From positions 13,130 through 77,129 of the forward strand of contig CAXBGT010000001.1 of the NCBI GenBank assembly GCA_963975265.1: a stretch of 64,000 bases of DNA, given 5' to 3'. Origin of the DNA: an uncultured Saprospirales bacterium (GTDB taxonomy: Bacteria; Bacteroidota; Bacteroidia; Chitinophagales; Saprospiraceae). The position numbers and the translations under genes were made by a program. The notes under the pieces are model-generated. The model did no database searches, had not been told where the DNA came from, and was given only the letters and a program-made list of their open reading frames with translations. Shown piece by piece: positions 29,301 to 38,771 of the stretch (positions are counted from its first letter, which is position 1; the number at the start of each line of letters is the position of its first letter).

Positions 29301-29676
29301 CATAAGAAACGGCACTAGCTATGCACTTATAAATGCAGAAGCGAGACTGCCCTTATTTAGATATTTCATGGGTAATTTTGGGGGAAGCAATTTCTTAAGA
29401 AACCTACAATTTGTCCTCTTCTACGATATAGGTACGGCATGGCATGGTTCTTCCCCTTATTCTGATGCTAACCCGTTGAATACAGTCACATTATCAAGCC
29501 CTCCTGTTCTCGATCTGACAGTAAGGTATTTCCGTGATCCACTTGTGATGGGCTACGGAGCTGGTCTAAGAATGAGGCTGTTCGGTTACTTTTTACGTTT
29601 TGATTATGCTACAGGAGTAGAAACACGAATTACTCAAACACCGAAACTTCACTTTAGTATTGGGATGGATTTTTGA
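26392..29676 (+). CDS. Large outer-membrane protein: degenerate MA-peptidase-like N-terminal region, PD40/TolB-like propeller repeats, Omp85-like C-terminal barrel (tentative architecture)
   Basis: Has a signal peptide. LPEWYKEGIISY resembles the P-W-x-x-EG-x-x-Y motif of MA-type peptidase domains, but the HExxH position reads REGIAS. The PD40-like segment is SSDGQNLAYAYNEIGKYKVRIKDLKTGEEKTI. The C-terminal YYLGGINN...LRGF motifs and the terminal ...HFSIGMDF (aromatic end) are typical of beta-barrel OMPs. Confidence 0.75.
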   Translation: MLSIKVFMIFRSILLLLFLSVTASVVGQSINTEFGKNRVQHHDDFNNWNRYETDNFITYWYGKGRNIAEPVIQIAELNHDEIQNILEHRINDKIEIIVYTDITDLKQSNIGSEDLFSSKAGTTTIVGNKMFVYFDGNHNNLKTQIREGIASVYLSAMLFGDNFQEIVQNAVLLDLPEWYKEGIISYCGVYWDHLRDDELRDILYKNEKYKDFKKLAEDYPRIAGHSMWFYLDQNYGKSSISNLLYLTRITRNLNNALLYVFSNDISAISEEWANYYEQHFDKEIDKFTVNDEDYKLDLKNRDYVPVSNFKLSSDGQNLAYAYNEIGKYKVRIKDLKTGEEKTIFKYGHKNAIQATDYDYPLIAWHPSGRELSIIYEHKDVLNLRKYNLVLDEYIEQLLPPDIQRVFSVSYLNDLEYVLSANTNGYSDLYHYNSKNRQYKAITNDFYDDLDAEVVELDGKEGILFSSNRKRDHIFTLKYDTILPTGQYDLFFYDLEADDQSLKRLTKTDNIDERYPYQISSNKVAYLSSENGITNRYVVSTVDPGSYYSVSNKGRNIIRHHTIPGSEMHAYTYYKNGSYDVYIENVDWDEPLITYNTRYNNREYTEDINADKTDEVFIPYAPENLEEEMQDGFLFQSKYKDPEKLEPITKRGEVRNNNKSIFSSIIVDEKESEGEELTEFVYSRVTASQLKFRLDNFTTKLDNEVLFEGLESFTGNSDELLNNPMGFLLKGTMKDIFEDYILEAGARYPLSFNGSEYFLTFDNRKKLIDKRFALYRKSQTETIDDTSFPILKAKKVSTLGMYQLKYPFTIYRSFRATSSLRFDNFYSQSVNEESFGNPVASEKRLSLKLEYIYDNTIDFALNIKHGTRYKVYAEAINEFNIDVVDGFDFELSKGFTNIIGFDARHYIPLFRYSVLAFRAAGATSLGSKKNLYYLGGINNSFSNGFEQNIGIPAGDFAYKTNVFHLRGFNSNIRNGTSYALINAEARLPLFRYFMGNFGGSNFLRNLQFVLFYDIGTAWHGSSPYSDANPLNTVTLSSPPVLDLTVRYFRDPLVMGYGAGLRMRLFGYFLRFDYATGVETRITQTPKLHFSIGMDF

Positions 29677-29866
29677 TCAGGGTCGCTTTTTCGAGATATT
29701 TCTCTGATCTTTTTTAATTTCTACTTCTATTTGTCATCTAATGATATGTCTATCAATAGGATAAGTCAAAAATGAGGTTTGCTCCGAATATTAATTGGTA
29801 GAAAATAGAACCTATCTACTATAAATAACTATTTTTAGGCACTTGATTAACTAAAAATTGGAATTT

Positions 29867-31255
29867 ATGACTGACAGCAATAGCGCTATCAACAAAGAAT
29901 TTATGGGACACCCTATCGGGTTGTTTGTTCTTTTTTTAACAGAAATGTGGGAAAGGTTTTCGTACTATGGAATGAGAGCCATTTTAGTTCTTTACTTAGT
30001 GTCGGAGACTACAAAAGATAATCCGGGATTAGGATGGTCTGACCCCGAGGCTCTTAGTTTGTATGGTACATACACAATGCTAGTCTATGTTGCTTCTATT
30101 CCAGGTGGGTGGATAGCAGATTCATTTTTAGGGCAACGAAAATCGGTGCTTTTAGGTGGAATATTACTTTGTTTTGGCCACGGAATATTGGCAGTTGAGC
30201 AAATGTGGGCTTTTTATACTGGTCTTGGTCTCATCATAGCTGGTGTTGGGATGCTTAAGCCAAACATATCCACTATGGTAGGTGGACTTTATAAAGCTGG
30301 AGATATTAGAAGGGATAAAGGTTTTACTATTTTTTATATTGGTATTAATGTTGGAGCTTTCCTTTCCAGTCTAATAGTAGGTTATGTAGGTGAAGTTCAT
30401 GGTTGGCACTATGGCTTTGGATTAGCAGGAATCGGAATGTTATTAGGAATGATAATATTCTATTTTGGTCAACCCTACTTAGCACATGTTGGAAACCATA
30501 TTGGTAAATCTGAAGACCCTGAAGTTCGGGCCGCAGCTAAAAGACCACTTACAAAGGTGGAATCTGATAGAGTAGTGGTTCTTCTTGTATCTTTCTTGCT
30601 TGTAATTGTATTTTGGGGCGCTTTTGAACAAGCTGGCGGATTAATGAATCTTTATGCTAAAGACAAAACCAATAGAATGTTAGGAGGGTTTGAAATTCCT
30701 GCATCGTGGTTTCAAAGTCTTAATGCGATGTTCATCATATTTCTAGGTACTACAATAGCTGCATTTTGGGCAAAAAGAAAGTTAAATGGTAGGTTGTCCT
30801 CCTCATTATTTAAGATGATACTCGGCCTTATTATTATGGGGTCTGGATTTTTCTTCATGTCTGCTGCATCTTCTCAATATGAAACATCTGGCTCATCTGC
30901 TATGGTTTGGTTGGTCTTAGCTTACTTATTGCATACAATAGGTGAATTATGTATTAGTCCTGTTGCATTATCATTTATTACTAAGTTATCACCTGTCAAG
31001 TACGCATCTATTATGATGGGTGTATATTTTGCTATGACTGGTTTTGGAAATAAATTAGCTGGCCTCTTAGGAGAATCGGCTAGTGAATTAGGAGAGTTTA
31101 CAATATTCACAGGCATTGCAATTTTCTGTATTGCATTTGGGTTAATCGTGATGCTGTTTAGAAAGAAACTAGAGATCCTAACTCATGGCGTCGAAGACAA
31201 AGAAGTGGATATGAGCGCAGATAAAGAAGCCGAAGGGTTCGAACTTGCAGATTAA
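29867..31255 (+). CDS. POT/PTR2 family di-/tripeptide:proton symporter
   Basis: Signature FTEMWERFSYYGMRAILVLYL. I place the start at the ATG at 29867, because the track ORF starts at a TTG at 29858. Confidence 0.9.
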   Translation: MTDSNSAINKEFMGHPIGLFVLFLTEMWERFSYYGMRAILVLYLVSETTKDNPGLGWSDPEALSLYGTYTMLVYVASIPGGWIADSFLGQRKSVLLGGILLCFGHGILAVEQMWAFYTGLGLIIAGVGMLKPNISTMVGGLYKAGDIRRDKGFTIFYIGINVGAFLSSLIVGYVGEVHGWHYGFGLAGIGMLLGMIIFYFGQPYLAHVGNHIGKSEDPEVRAAAKRPLTKVESDRVVVLLVSFLLVIVFWGAFEQAGGLMNLYAKDKTNRMLGGFEIPASWFQSLNAMFIIFLGTTIAAFWAKRKLNGRLSSSLFKMILGLIIMGSGFFFMSAASSQYETSGSSAMVWLVLAYLLHTIGELCISPVALSFITKLSPVKYASIMMGVYFAMTGFGNKLAGLLGESASELGEFTIFTGIAIFCIAFGLIVMLFRKKLEILTHGVEDKEVDMSADKEAEGFELAD

Positions 31256-31287
31256 TTCCAATTAAAAGAAAATAAAGAAAACGAAAT

Positions 31288-33093
31288 ATGGGAAGTCCAT
31301 TAGACTTAAAGATTGATACGGATATAGAAAATTTATTTAAAGACCAAGTAATCGGTCACCCAGCTGGGTTGATGGTGTTATTTTTCACAGAAATGTGGGA
31401 GCGGTTTTCATTTTACGGAATGAGAGTTTTATTAATTAATTTCCTAACATTCGCAATAATAGGTACCGACAACCCTGGGTGGGGATGGACAGCAGAAAAT
31501 GCGGGTGCTTTATTTGGTACATATGCCATGTTACTTTATATCACTCCCATTTTAGGTGGATATATAGCTGATAAATTCACAGGATATCGGTGGGCCGTCG
31601 TAATTGGAGCCCTAATTATGACTCTCGGTCATGCCTCAATGGCATTAGAGACCGAATTTACTCTTTACATGGGTCTAGCCTTGCTGGTCATAGGAACAGG
31701 TTTCTTTAAGCCAAACATAACATCTATTATTTCTGAGATGTATAAACATAACCCAGAAAAGAAAGATGGAGCTTATACTATTTTTTATATGGGTGTAAAT
31801 GCTGGAGCATTTTTCGGAATGATGATGTGTGGATACTTGGCTGAGAAAATTGGTTGGTCATATGGTTTTGGGCTTGCTGGTGTATTTATGTTATTAGGAA
31901 CTCTTCAGTTTTGGTTAGGAGGTAGCTTATTTGGCAGCATTGGTGCCAAACCTTCTGAATTAAGAGAAGTTGAGGTAGGACAAAACATAAATGAAGAATA
32001 TCCAGAAAATAGAACAGCTAGTATGGATGAGGAAAAACCAAATCCATTTACTACATTGGATAAAGTTCTAATCGCTCTTTCCTCTATAATTGGCCTTGGA
32101 TATGCTATAAATGATCCCATGTCTAAAATTGCAGGGATTGATATTTTTTCTGCATTCAAAATTGGTGGCTTAGACGGACAATATACTGCAGTCTTATTTG
32201 CGCTTGCATTGTTCCTATATTTAGTTGGAAGTAGAATAAATAGATACAGTAGAATAGTTAGGGACAGAATGATTGCATTTATCATTTTTGCCTTCTTCAC
32301 TGTATTCTTTTGGCTTTCATTTGAACAAGGAGCTACTTCGCTAATTTTATTTGCGAGAGATAATGTTGACAGGGTTTTGACTGGTAACTCTGCACTCATA
32401 TTTAATATCGTCAATGCATTTCTCACTGTCATTCCTCTTTTAATCATTACCTATGTATTGGCAATTTTATGGAAGAAAACTTTCACAAAAATACCAGGAT
32501 CAAACATAGTTTTAGCAATTTGTTTTATTGGGATGTGGGGCTTAGTAATTTGGATGCTTAACAGGGAGTTTAGCGCAAATCTAAATGAAATCACAGTATC
32601 TTGGTTCAGCATATTAAACTCATTCTTTATTATTGTTTTTGCTTCATTTTTCTCTAAATGGTGGGAAAGTAAATACAACCCTTCTGGAGCTACAAAGTAT
32701 GCACTAGGACTAATAATCATGGCTATAGGGTTCGCTTTGTTAGCTTGGGGCTCTTATGGAATCCAAGAGGGAGTAAAAGTAAGTATGCTGTGGTTAATAT
32801 TAGCTTATTTATTCCATACCTTAGGTGAGTTATGCCTTTCTCCAGTAGGTTTATCATATGTATCAAAACTAGTTCCCGCTAGGATGATAGCTCTGATGTT
32901 TGGTATGTGGTATTTAGCAATTGCAATAGGAAACAAACTAGCCGCTGTAGTTGGTGGACAAATAGAAAATATAACTAAAGAGTACAGTTTATCAACTTTC
33001 TTTTTGATATTTACGATTGTGCCATTGGTTGCAGGATTAGCGATATATGCATTAAATCCTTTATTCAAGAAATTAATGCACGGTGTAAAATAA
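31288..33093 (+). CDS. POT/PTR2 family peptide transporter, long paralogue (601 aa)
   Basis: FTEMWERFSFYGMRVLL signature. It is collinear with the upstream paralogue but carries a ~130-aa central insertion with a hydrophilic loop and extra TM segments. Confidence 0.9.
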   Translation: MGSPLDLKIDTDIENLFKDQVIGHPAGLMVLFFTEMWERFSFYGMRVLLINFLTFAIIGTDNPGWGWTAENAGALFGTYAMLLYITPILGGYIADKFTGYRWAVVIGALIMTLGHASMALETEFTLYMGLALLVIGTGFFKPNITSIISEMYKHNPEKKDGAYTIFYMGVNAGAFFGMMMCGYLAEKIGWSYGFGLAGVFMLLGTLQFWLGGSLFGSIGAKPSELREVEVGQNINEEYPENRTASMDEEKPNPFTTLDKVLIALSSIIGLGYAINDPMSKIAGIDIFSAFKIGGLDGQYTAVLFALALFLYLVGSRINRYSRIVRDRMIAFIIFAFFTVFFWLSFEQGATSLILFARDNVDRVLTGNSALIFNIVNAFLTVIPLLIITYVLAILWKKTFTKIPGSNIVLAICFIGMWGLVIWMLNREFSANLNEITVSWFSILNSFFIIVFASFFSKWWESKYNPSGATKYALGLIIMAIGFALLAWGSYGIQEGVKVSMLWLILAYLFHTLGELCLSPVGLSYVSKLVPARMIALMFGMWYLAIAIGNKLAAVVGGQIENITKEYSLSTFFLIFTIVPLVAGLAIYALNPLFKKLMHGVK

Positions 33094-33128
33094 ACATTTC
33101 ATACTTCTCAAAACAGTATGAAAAACCG

Positions 33129-33158
33129 AGCCCTTCGATGAAAGTCGAAGGGCTTTTT
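33129..33158 (+). terminator. Rho-independent terminator after the POT tandem
   Basis: 10-bp stem AGCCCTTCGA / TCGAAGGGCT with a 6-nt loop, followed by TTTTT. Confidence 0.8.
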
Positions 33159-33400
33159 GGTCGCAGCCCTTCAGCTTATCGTTGAGCCGAAGGATCGGTG
33201 AGTGGTTGATGTTTAAAAGCAAAGATTTATGAGCAATCTTGATGCAAGGATCCAGGAATTAAATTTCATGCATTGAAAATTTAATTTAAGCTTTGGTGTT
33301 TTCCTTTCTTTTTGTTTTTCGACTTTAAACACAAACCCTCCCTAATTTATCCGGTTCTTCCTCCGTCAGCTCAACGATTGGTCAACGGTTCTTTCAAGCT

Positions 33401-33438
33401 AAAAATAAAATACCCTTCACCAATCAAGGCAAAGGGTA
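33401..33438 (-). terminator. Terminator after nadA
   Basis: On the minus strand the stem is TACCCTT/AAGGGTA plus 2 further bp, followed by ATTTTATTTTT. It lies 28 bp after the nadA stop. Confidence 0.55.
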
Positions 33439-33465
33439 CTTTAACTTTATTTTCTAAGGATAGAT

Positions 33466-34482
33466 TTACATCTTAAATCCAGCCTTTGCACTCACTTCTA
33501 GCATACGGTCTATACTTGCTACTCCTTTTTCGATTACCCAGTCCTCCAAAATTACTTCCGGTAATTCATACTTCATAGCTAAGTATAGCTTCTCCATAGT
33601 ATTACGCTTCATGTGAGGACATTCATTGCATGCACATGTGTTATTAGGCGGTGCTGGAATAAATACTTTACCAGGGCTAGCAAGCTCCATTTGGTGTAGA
33701 ATGCCTGATTCTGTAGCTACTATAAATTTATTTGCCTCGTTTTCCTTCGTATATCTCAGTAACTGACTAGTACTCCCGATGAAATCCGCTCTATCCAAAA
33801 TATGTTCTTCACATTCTGGATGGGCAATAAATTTAGCATCAGGATTTGCTACTTGTAGCTTTGTAATCTTTTCATTTGAAAAAATCTCGTGTACCATACA
33901 TGCTCCGTTCCAAAGCACTAGATCACGACCTGTTTTCTTTTGTAACCAAGCCCCCAGGTTTTTATCTGGTGCAAAGATGATTCCTTTATCTTTTGGGATA
34001 CTGTTTATAATCACTTCAGCATTTGATGAAGTGCAGCACACGTCTGTTAATGTCTTCAATTCTGCCGTACAGTTTATATAACTTACCACTACATGATCAG
34101 GATATTTCTCTTTGAATTTTTTGAACAAGTGTGGAGGACAACTATCTGCTAGAGAACAACCAGCTTTAAGATCTGGAAGTAGTACTTTTTTATGCGGATT
34201 AAGCATTTTTGCGGTCTCAGCCATAAAGTGTACACCAGCAAATACTATTATCTGTGCGTCTGTACTTACTGCCTTTTGAGACAATCCAAGACTATCGCCA
34301 ATATAATCCGCTACATCTTGAATCTCTGACTCTTGATAATAATGAGCTAAGACAATAGCATTTTTCTCTTTTTTAAGCTTTTCTATTTCCGCCACTAAAT
34401 CAAGTGTTGGATCAATTTCTAGATCAAGAAACCCCTTACGGTTTAATTTTTCAGTTGCCGTTGCTAATGCTGCGTTACTCAT
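33466..34482 (-). CDS. nadA: Quinolinate synthase NadA
   Basis: [18 protein letters not shown]..., with motifs [23 protein letters not shown] and CNECPHMK. I place the start at the ATG at 34480-34482. The 68-codon upstream extension in the track is Cys/Phe/Tyr-rich AT-rich read-through. Confidence 0.9.
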   Translation of the reverse strand: MSNAALATATEKLNRKGFLDLEIDPTLDLVAEIEKLKKEKNAIVLAHYYQESEIQDVADYIGDSLGLSQKAVSTDAQIIVFAGVHFMAETAKMLNPHKKVLLPDLKAGCSLADSCPPHLFKKFKEKYPDHVVVSYINCTAELKTLTDVCCTSSNAEVIINSIPKDKGIIFAPDKNLGAWLQKKTGRDLVLWNGACMVHEIFSNEKITKLQVANPDAKFIAHPECEEHILDRADFIGSTSQLLRYTKENEANKFIVATESGILHQMELASPGKVFIPAPPNNTCACNECPHMKRNTMEKLYLAMKYELPEVILEDWVIEKGVASIDRMLEVSAKAGFKM

Positions 34483-34858
34483 ATGTATTAAATTGTGTTT
34501 ATTATAAAAGTCAAACGCTAATATAGAAAAGTTGTTTTGTATCAATGTACTGCTATTCAAATTGTCGCTTCCATTACAGAAACACTTTAGCAAGCAATAT
34601 AATTTCCAAATAAATAAATAAAATATACACACATATATCATAAAATCGGCAAAAGTTCGTTTATTACCGATAATGTAAACAGTCATAGGGTGTCTGTTAT
34701 ATTAAATATTGCCTTGTCTGTGGAATCCTTTTCCGGCAAGGCATTTTTATTTGTTGCTATTAGAACCAACACCTTTTCGAGAAGAACACCCAAAGTCCGA
34801 GAAAAAATAGATAAATTAGGGTTTAAATCAATTCACATTACACAGACAACCAATTAAG

Positions 34859-36415
34859 ATGTTAGTTACAACAAATGCCAGTGCGGTACAGGGTGTAGAG
34901 GCCCGAACAATTACAGTAGAAGTAAATGCAGGTGGTATAGTGCCACAGGGAAGTTCTTATTACACTATGGTAGGATTACCAGATAATGCGGTGAGAGAGG
35001 GCTTTAGCAGAATAGAAGCAGCTACAAAAAATATAGGATATAAGGTTTTGCGCCTAAAGTTGATTGTAAATCTTGCACCTGCAGATATCAAAAAACAAGG
35101 CTCTTCTTATGACCTTCCATTAGCGTTGGCATCATTGGCCGCTACAAAACAGATCTTAGCTCCAGACTTAGATCAGTATGTTATTATGGGAGAACTGGCT
35201 CTTGATGGAAGTCTCAGGCCTATCAAAGGAGCATTATCTATTGCTATACAAGCTCGAAAAGAGAAGTTTAAAGGACTAATTCTGCCAAAGCAAAATGCTA
35301 GAGAGGCAGCAATCGTCAATGACCTCGACGTTTATGGAATCGAAAATTTAAGAGAAGCAGTAGACTTCTTTGAAGGAGTAGGAGATCTAAAACCAACGGA
35401 GCACAATACTCGAGAAGAATTCGAAGATAACGAGATTAAATACACAGTTGATTTCAGTGATGTAAAAGGACAAGAGAATATAAAACGTGCATTAGAAATA
35501 GCTGCTGCTGGTGGGCATAATGTGATACTCATCGGTCCTCCAGGTGCAGGTAAAACCATGCTAGCAAGAAGGCTCCCGACGATTCTCCCTCCACTTAATT
35601 TACATGAAGCATTAGATACTACTAAAATTCATTCTGTTGCGGGAGTACTACCTTCTAACTCTGCTTTAGTATCGTCCAGACCATTCAGATCTCCACATCA
35701 TACGATCAGTGATGTAGCTTTGGTCGGTGGAGGATCGAATCCTAATCCAGGAGAGATATCATTGGCGCACAATGGGGTGCTTTTCTTAGATGAATTACCA
35801 GAATTTAAAAGATCGGTGTTGGAAGTTCTACGTCAGCCTATGGAAGAAAGAAAAGTTACTATTTCGAGAGCTAGAATTTCTGTTGATTACCCTGCTAGTT
35901 TTATGTTAGTTGCTAGCATGAATCCTTGCCCATGTGGATTTTACAATCATCCTGAGAAAGACTGCGTTTGTGGGCCTGGAGTTGTAAAAAAATATCTCAC
36001 CAAAATATCTGGACCATTATTGGACAGGATCGACCTACATGTTGAGGTGACACCAGTTTCTTATGATGAATTATCCAGTACCGAATTCAAAAGTGAGACT
36101 AGTGAAACAGTTACAGAACGGGTTGTAAAAGCACGAGATATCCAAAACAAAAGATTCGAAAAGTATTCAGATATCAATAGTAATGCTCTCATGCCTAGCA
36201 GAATGGTAAGGGAAGTATGCGAATTAACCAAACCTGGTTCTGTTCTACTCAAAACAGCAATGGAAAAACTTCAACTTTCAGCACGTGCATATGATCGAAT
36301 ACTTAAAGTAGCGCGAACTTGTGCTGACCTTGGAGGATCAGAAAATATAAAGATTGAGCATCTAGCGGAAGCGATACAGTATAGAAGTCTTGACCGTGAA
36401 GGTTGGGCAGGGTAA
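34859..36415 (+). CDS. YifB/ComM-family Mg-chelatase-like AAA+ ATPase
   Basis: Walker A GPPGAGKT and Walker B VLFLDELPEF. It has an N-terminal Lon-protease-like ChlI domain and a C-terminal ...RILKVARTCADL region. Confidence 0.9.
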   Translation: MLVTTNASAVQGVEARTITVEVNAGGIVPQGSSYYTMVGLPDNAVREGFSRIEAATKNIGYKVLRLKLIVNLAPADIKKQGSSYDLPLALASLAATKQILAPDLDQYVIMGELALDGSLRPIKGALSIAIQARKEKFKGLILPKQNAREAAIVNDLDVYGIENLREAVDFFEGVGDLKPTEHNTREEFEDNEIKYTVDFSDVKGQENIKRALEIAAAGGHNVILIGPPGAGKTMLARRLPTILPPLNLHEALDTTKIHSVAGVLPSNSALVSSRPFRSPHHTISDVALVGGGSNPNPGEISLAHNGVLFLDELPEFKRSVLEVLRQPMEERKVTISRARISVDYPASFMLVASMNPCPCGFYNHPEKDCVCGPGVVKKYLTKISGPLLDRIDLHVEVTPVSYDELSSTEFKSETSETVTERVVKARDIQNKRFEKYSDINSNALMPSRMVREVCELTKPGSVLLKTAMEKLQLSARAYDRILKVARTCADLGGSENIKIEHLAEAIQYRSLDREGWAG

Positions 36416-36417
36416 AT

Positions 36418-37623
36418 TCACAAACTATCTATATCTATGCCATCCTTGAACATTTCCCAAATAGGATTTCTTTCTCTCATTTTGGCGACTCCCTTTTTCA
36501 CCAAGTCGATCGCTCGCTCTATTTCATCTTCTGTCGTAAAGCGACCAAGACTAAACCGAATAGAGCTATGTGCCATATCTTCTCCAATGCCCAATGCCAT
36601 CAATACATGTGATGGATCTATTGATGCTGAAGTACATGCAGAACCCGATGCTAATGCTATACTCTGATTAAAAGTAGACATAAGTCCTTCTCCTTCTACA
36701 TACTTGAATGCAAGGTTTGTTACATGGGGGAGCCTATTTTTAGTATCACCATTGACATAAGTTTCTTCAATGGTTAGTAATTCTGTCTCTAATCTGTCCC
36801 TAAGAGTTGATAGTCTTTCTGATTCTAATTCTAATACGTCTTTTGCTATCTCAGCCGCAGCTCCAAAACCTACAATTCCCGGAACATTCAAAGTGCCAGA
36901 TCGCATCTCTCTTTCATGACCTCCGCCATTTATTTGTTCGCTTACTTTTACCCTAGGGTTTTTATTACAAACGTATATAGCACCAACCCCTTTTGGGCCA
37001 TACATCTTGTGTGCTGCGAATGCCATAAGGTGTACTCCAACTTCTTTAGGATTCACTGGAATTTTACCCACTGCTTGAGTTGCATCACTCATGAACAATA
37101 CACCTCTACGTTTACATACTTCACCTATTTCTTTCATGGGTTGTATTACTCCGATTTCATTATTAGCCCACATGATTGATACAAGAATTGTTTTATCCGT
37201 AATTGCACTTTCTAGTTCTTCTAGATTAACCAAGCCTTTATTATCTACATCAAGGTACGTAACTACTCCTCCTTGTTTTTCTATCTTTTCACAAGTATCT
37301 AATACTGCCTTATGTTCTGACTTAAGTGTGATAATATGATTGCCCGACCTGTGGTACATCTCGAATATACCTTTAAGCGCAAGGTTATCGGATTCTGTTG
37401 CCCCACTCGTAAAAACTATTTCTTTTGGTTCTACTTGGATAAGGTCTGCAATTTGTTGACGTGCTATCTTGACAGCTTCTTCTGCTTGCCAACCAAAGGG
37501 ATGACTTCGGCTAGCTGCATTGCCAGGAATCTCGTAAAAGTATGGCAACATTTTGTCTACTACTCTGGGATCAGTAGGAGTAGTAGCATTATAATCAAGG
37601 TATATCAAGTTGTTTTGCTTCAT
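36418..37623 (-). CDS. iscS: Cysteine desulfurase, IscS/NifS type
   Basis: IYLDYNATTP N-terminus, PLP-lysine context AAHKMYGPKG, and active-site loop SGSACTSASIDPSHVLMALG. 401 aa. Confidence 0.85.
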   Translation of the reverse strand: MKQNNLIYLDYNATTPTDPRVVDKMLPYFYEIPGNAASRSHPFGWQAEEAVKIARQQIADLIQVEPKEIVFTSGATESDNLALKGIFEMYHRSGNHIITLKSEHKAVLDTCEKIEKQGGVVTYLDVDNKGLVNLEELESAITDKTILVSIMWANNEIGVIQPMKEIGEVCKRRGVLFMSDATQAVGKIPVNPKEVGVHLMAFAAHKMYGPKGVGAIYVCNKNPRVKVSEQINGGGHEREMRSGTLNVPGIVGFGAAAEIAKDVLELESERLSTLRDRLETELLTIEETYVNGDTKNRLPHVTNLAFKYVEGEGLMSTFNQSIALASGSACTSASIDPSHVLMALGIGEDMAHSSIRFSLGRFTTEDEIERAIDLVKKGVAKMRERNPIWEMFKDGIDIDSL

Positions 37624-37700
37624 CGTTATTTCTTGTCATAAAAGTAAACACAAAAATCATCCTTTTTTGTATTTTGGAAACTACTATCAAAAAGAAGAAT

Positions 37701-38744
37701 ATGAAACATCTAATAATTCTAATGGCTTTGTTTATTATAAGTTGCCAATCTAGTGATAAAAGTCCTGAAAGTCAACAGCCAGAACCTAATGCATACCTTG
37801 ATAATTCTGGTAAAGAAGATCAATTTATGGGTGGCATTAAGATGGTAAAAGTCAATACACCCAAAGGAGATTTTAAAGTCTGGACTAAGAGAGTTGGAAA
37901 TAACCCGACTAAGAAAGTACTTCTTCTACATGGAGGACCAGGAATGACACATGAAATCTATGAATGTTTCGATGGCTACTTCCCTCAAGAAAATATTGAA
38001 TACTATTACTATGATCAATTAGGCTCATACTATAGTGATCAACCTGATGATTTGAGTCTTTGGGATCTACCAAGGTTCGTAGAAGAAGTAGAGCAAGTAC
38101 GTATAGCACTCGGCTTAGACAAAAGCAATTTCTTTCTATATGGACAATCCTGGGGAGGAATCTTAGCTATGGAATACGCTCTCAAATATCAGGACAACCT
38201 TAAAGGCTTGGTGATTTCCAATATGATGGCCTCCATTCCAGATTACATGAAGTATTCTGATGAAGTACTCGCTCCAAAACTACCACCTGACGTACTCGCA
38301 GAAATCATGAAATATGAAAATGCTGAAGACTATAGCAATGAGCGTTACATGGAACTTGTGGTGAATCACTATTATACAAGGCACATAATACGTATGGATC
38401 CAGAGAATTGGCCGGATCCAATCAACAGGGGATTCAAACATCTCAACCCAGATGTATATGTGACCATGCAAGGACCAAGTGAGTTTGGAGTAAAAGGTGA
38501 CGCTACACTAAAAGCCTGGGATGTAAAAGATCAACTACACAAAATTAAAGTGCCTACTTTAACAATAGGCGCTGAATATGACACCATGGATCCAAAACAC
38601 ATGGAATGGATATCAAGTGAAGTGGAAAACGGTAGATACTTACATTGTCCAAACGGAAGTCACCTCTGCCAGTTTGATGATCAACAAAACTTTTTCAAAG
38701 GATTGACTAAGTTTATTAAAGATGTGGATAGCGGGGCATTCTAA
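37701..38744 (+). CDS. Secreted alpha/beta hydrolase, proline iminopeptidase-like lipoprotein
   Basis: Lipobox LFIISCQSS, HGGPG oxyanion motif and nucleophile elbow GQSWGG. I place the start at the ATG at 37701, because the track ORF starts at a TTG at 37674. Confidence 0.8.
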   Translation: MKHLIILMALFIISCQSSDKSPESQQPEPNAYLDNSGKEDQFMGGIKMVKVNTPKGDFKVWTKRVGNNPTKKVLLLHGGPGMTHEIYECFDGYFPQENIEYYYYDQLGSYYSDQPDDLSLWDLPRFVEEVEQVRIALGLDKSNFFLYGQSWGGILAMEYALKYQDNLKGLVISNMMASIPDYMKYSDEVLAPKLPPDVLAEIMKYENAEDYSNERYMELVVNHYYTRHIIRMDPENWPDPINRGFKHLNPDVYVTMQGPSEFGVKGDATLKAWDVKDQLHKIKVPTLTIGAEYDTMDPKHMEWISSEVENGRYLHCPNGSHLCQFDDQQNFFKGLTKFIKDVDSGAF

Positions 38745-38771
38745 CTATTCATTTAATCTTAAATCTCTGAA

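Noticed and set aside
29858-29866. TTG-initiated starts used by the track for several genes (29858, 37674, 43898, 45788, 49676) and a GTG start at 54905.
   Set aside because: In each case an ATG a few codons downstream gives a canonical signal peptide or family N-terminus. I kept the non-ATG start only for the ECF sigma gene (48456), where no in-frame ATG precedes region 2.
33178-33378. 10-bp inverted repeat ATCGTTGAGC / GCTCAACGAT flanking ~180 bp after the POT genes, as a possible MITE or RNA.
   Set aside because: A rough estimate gives several 10-bp inverted pairs within 200 bp by chance in 64 kb of AT-rich sequence. I saw no target-site duplication and no second copy.
34483-34686. 68-codon N-terminal extension of the nadA ORF given in the track ([25 protein letters not shown]...).
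   Set aside because: NadA homology starts at [13 protein letters not shown] (ATG at 34480-34482). The extension is Cys/Phe/Tyr/Ile-rich, as expected from read-through of AT-rich promoter DNA.
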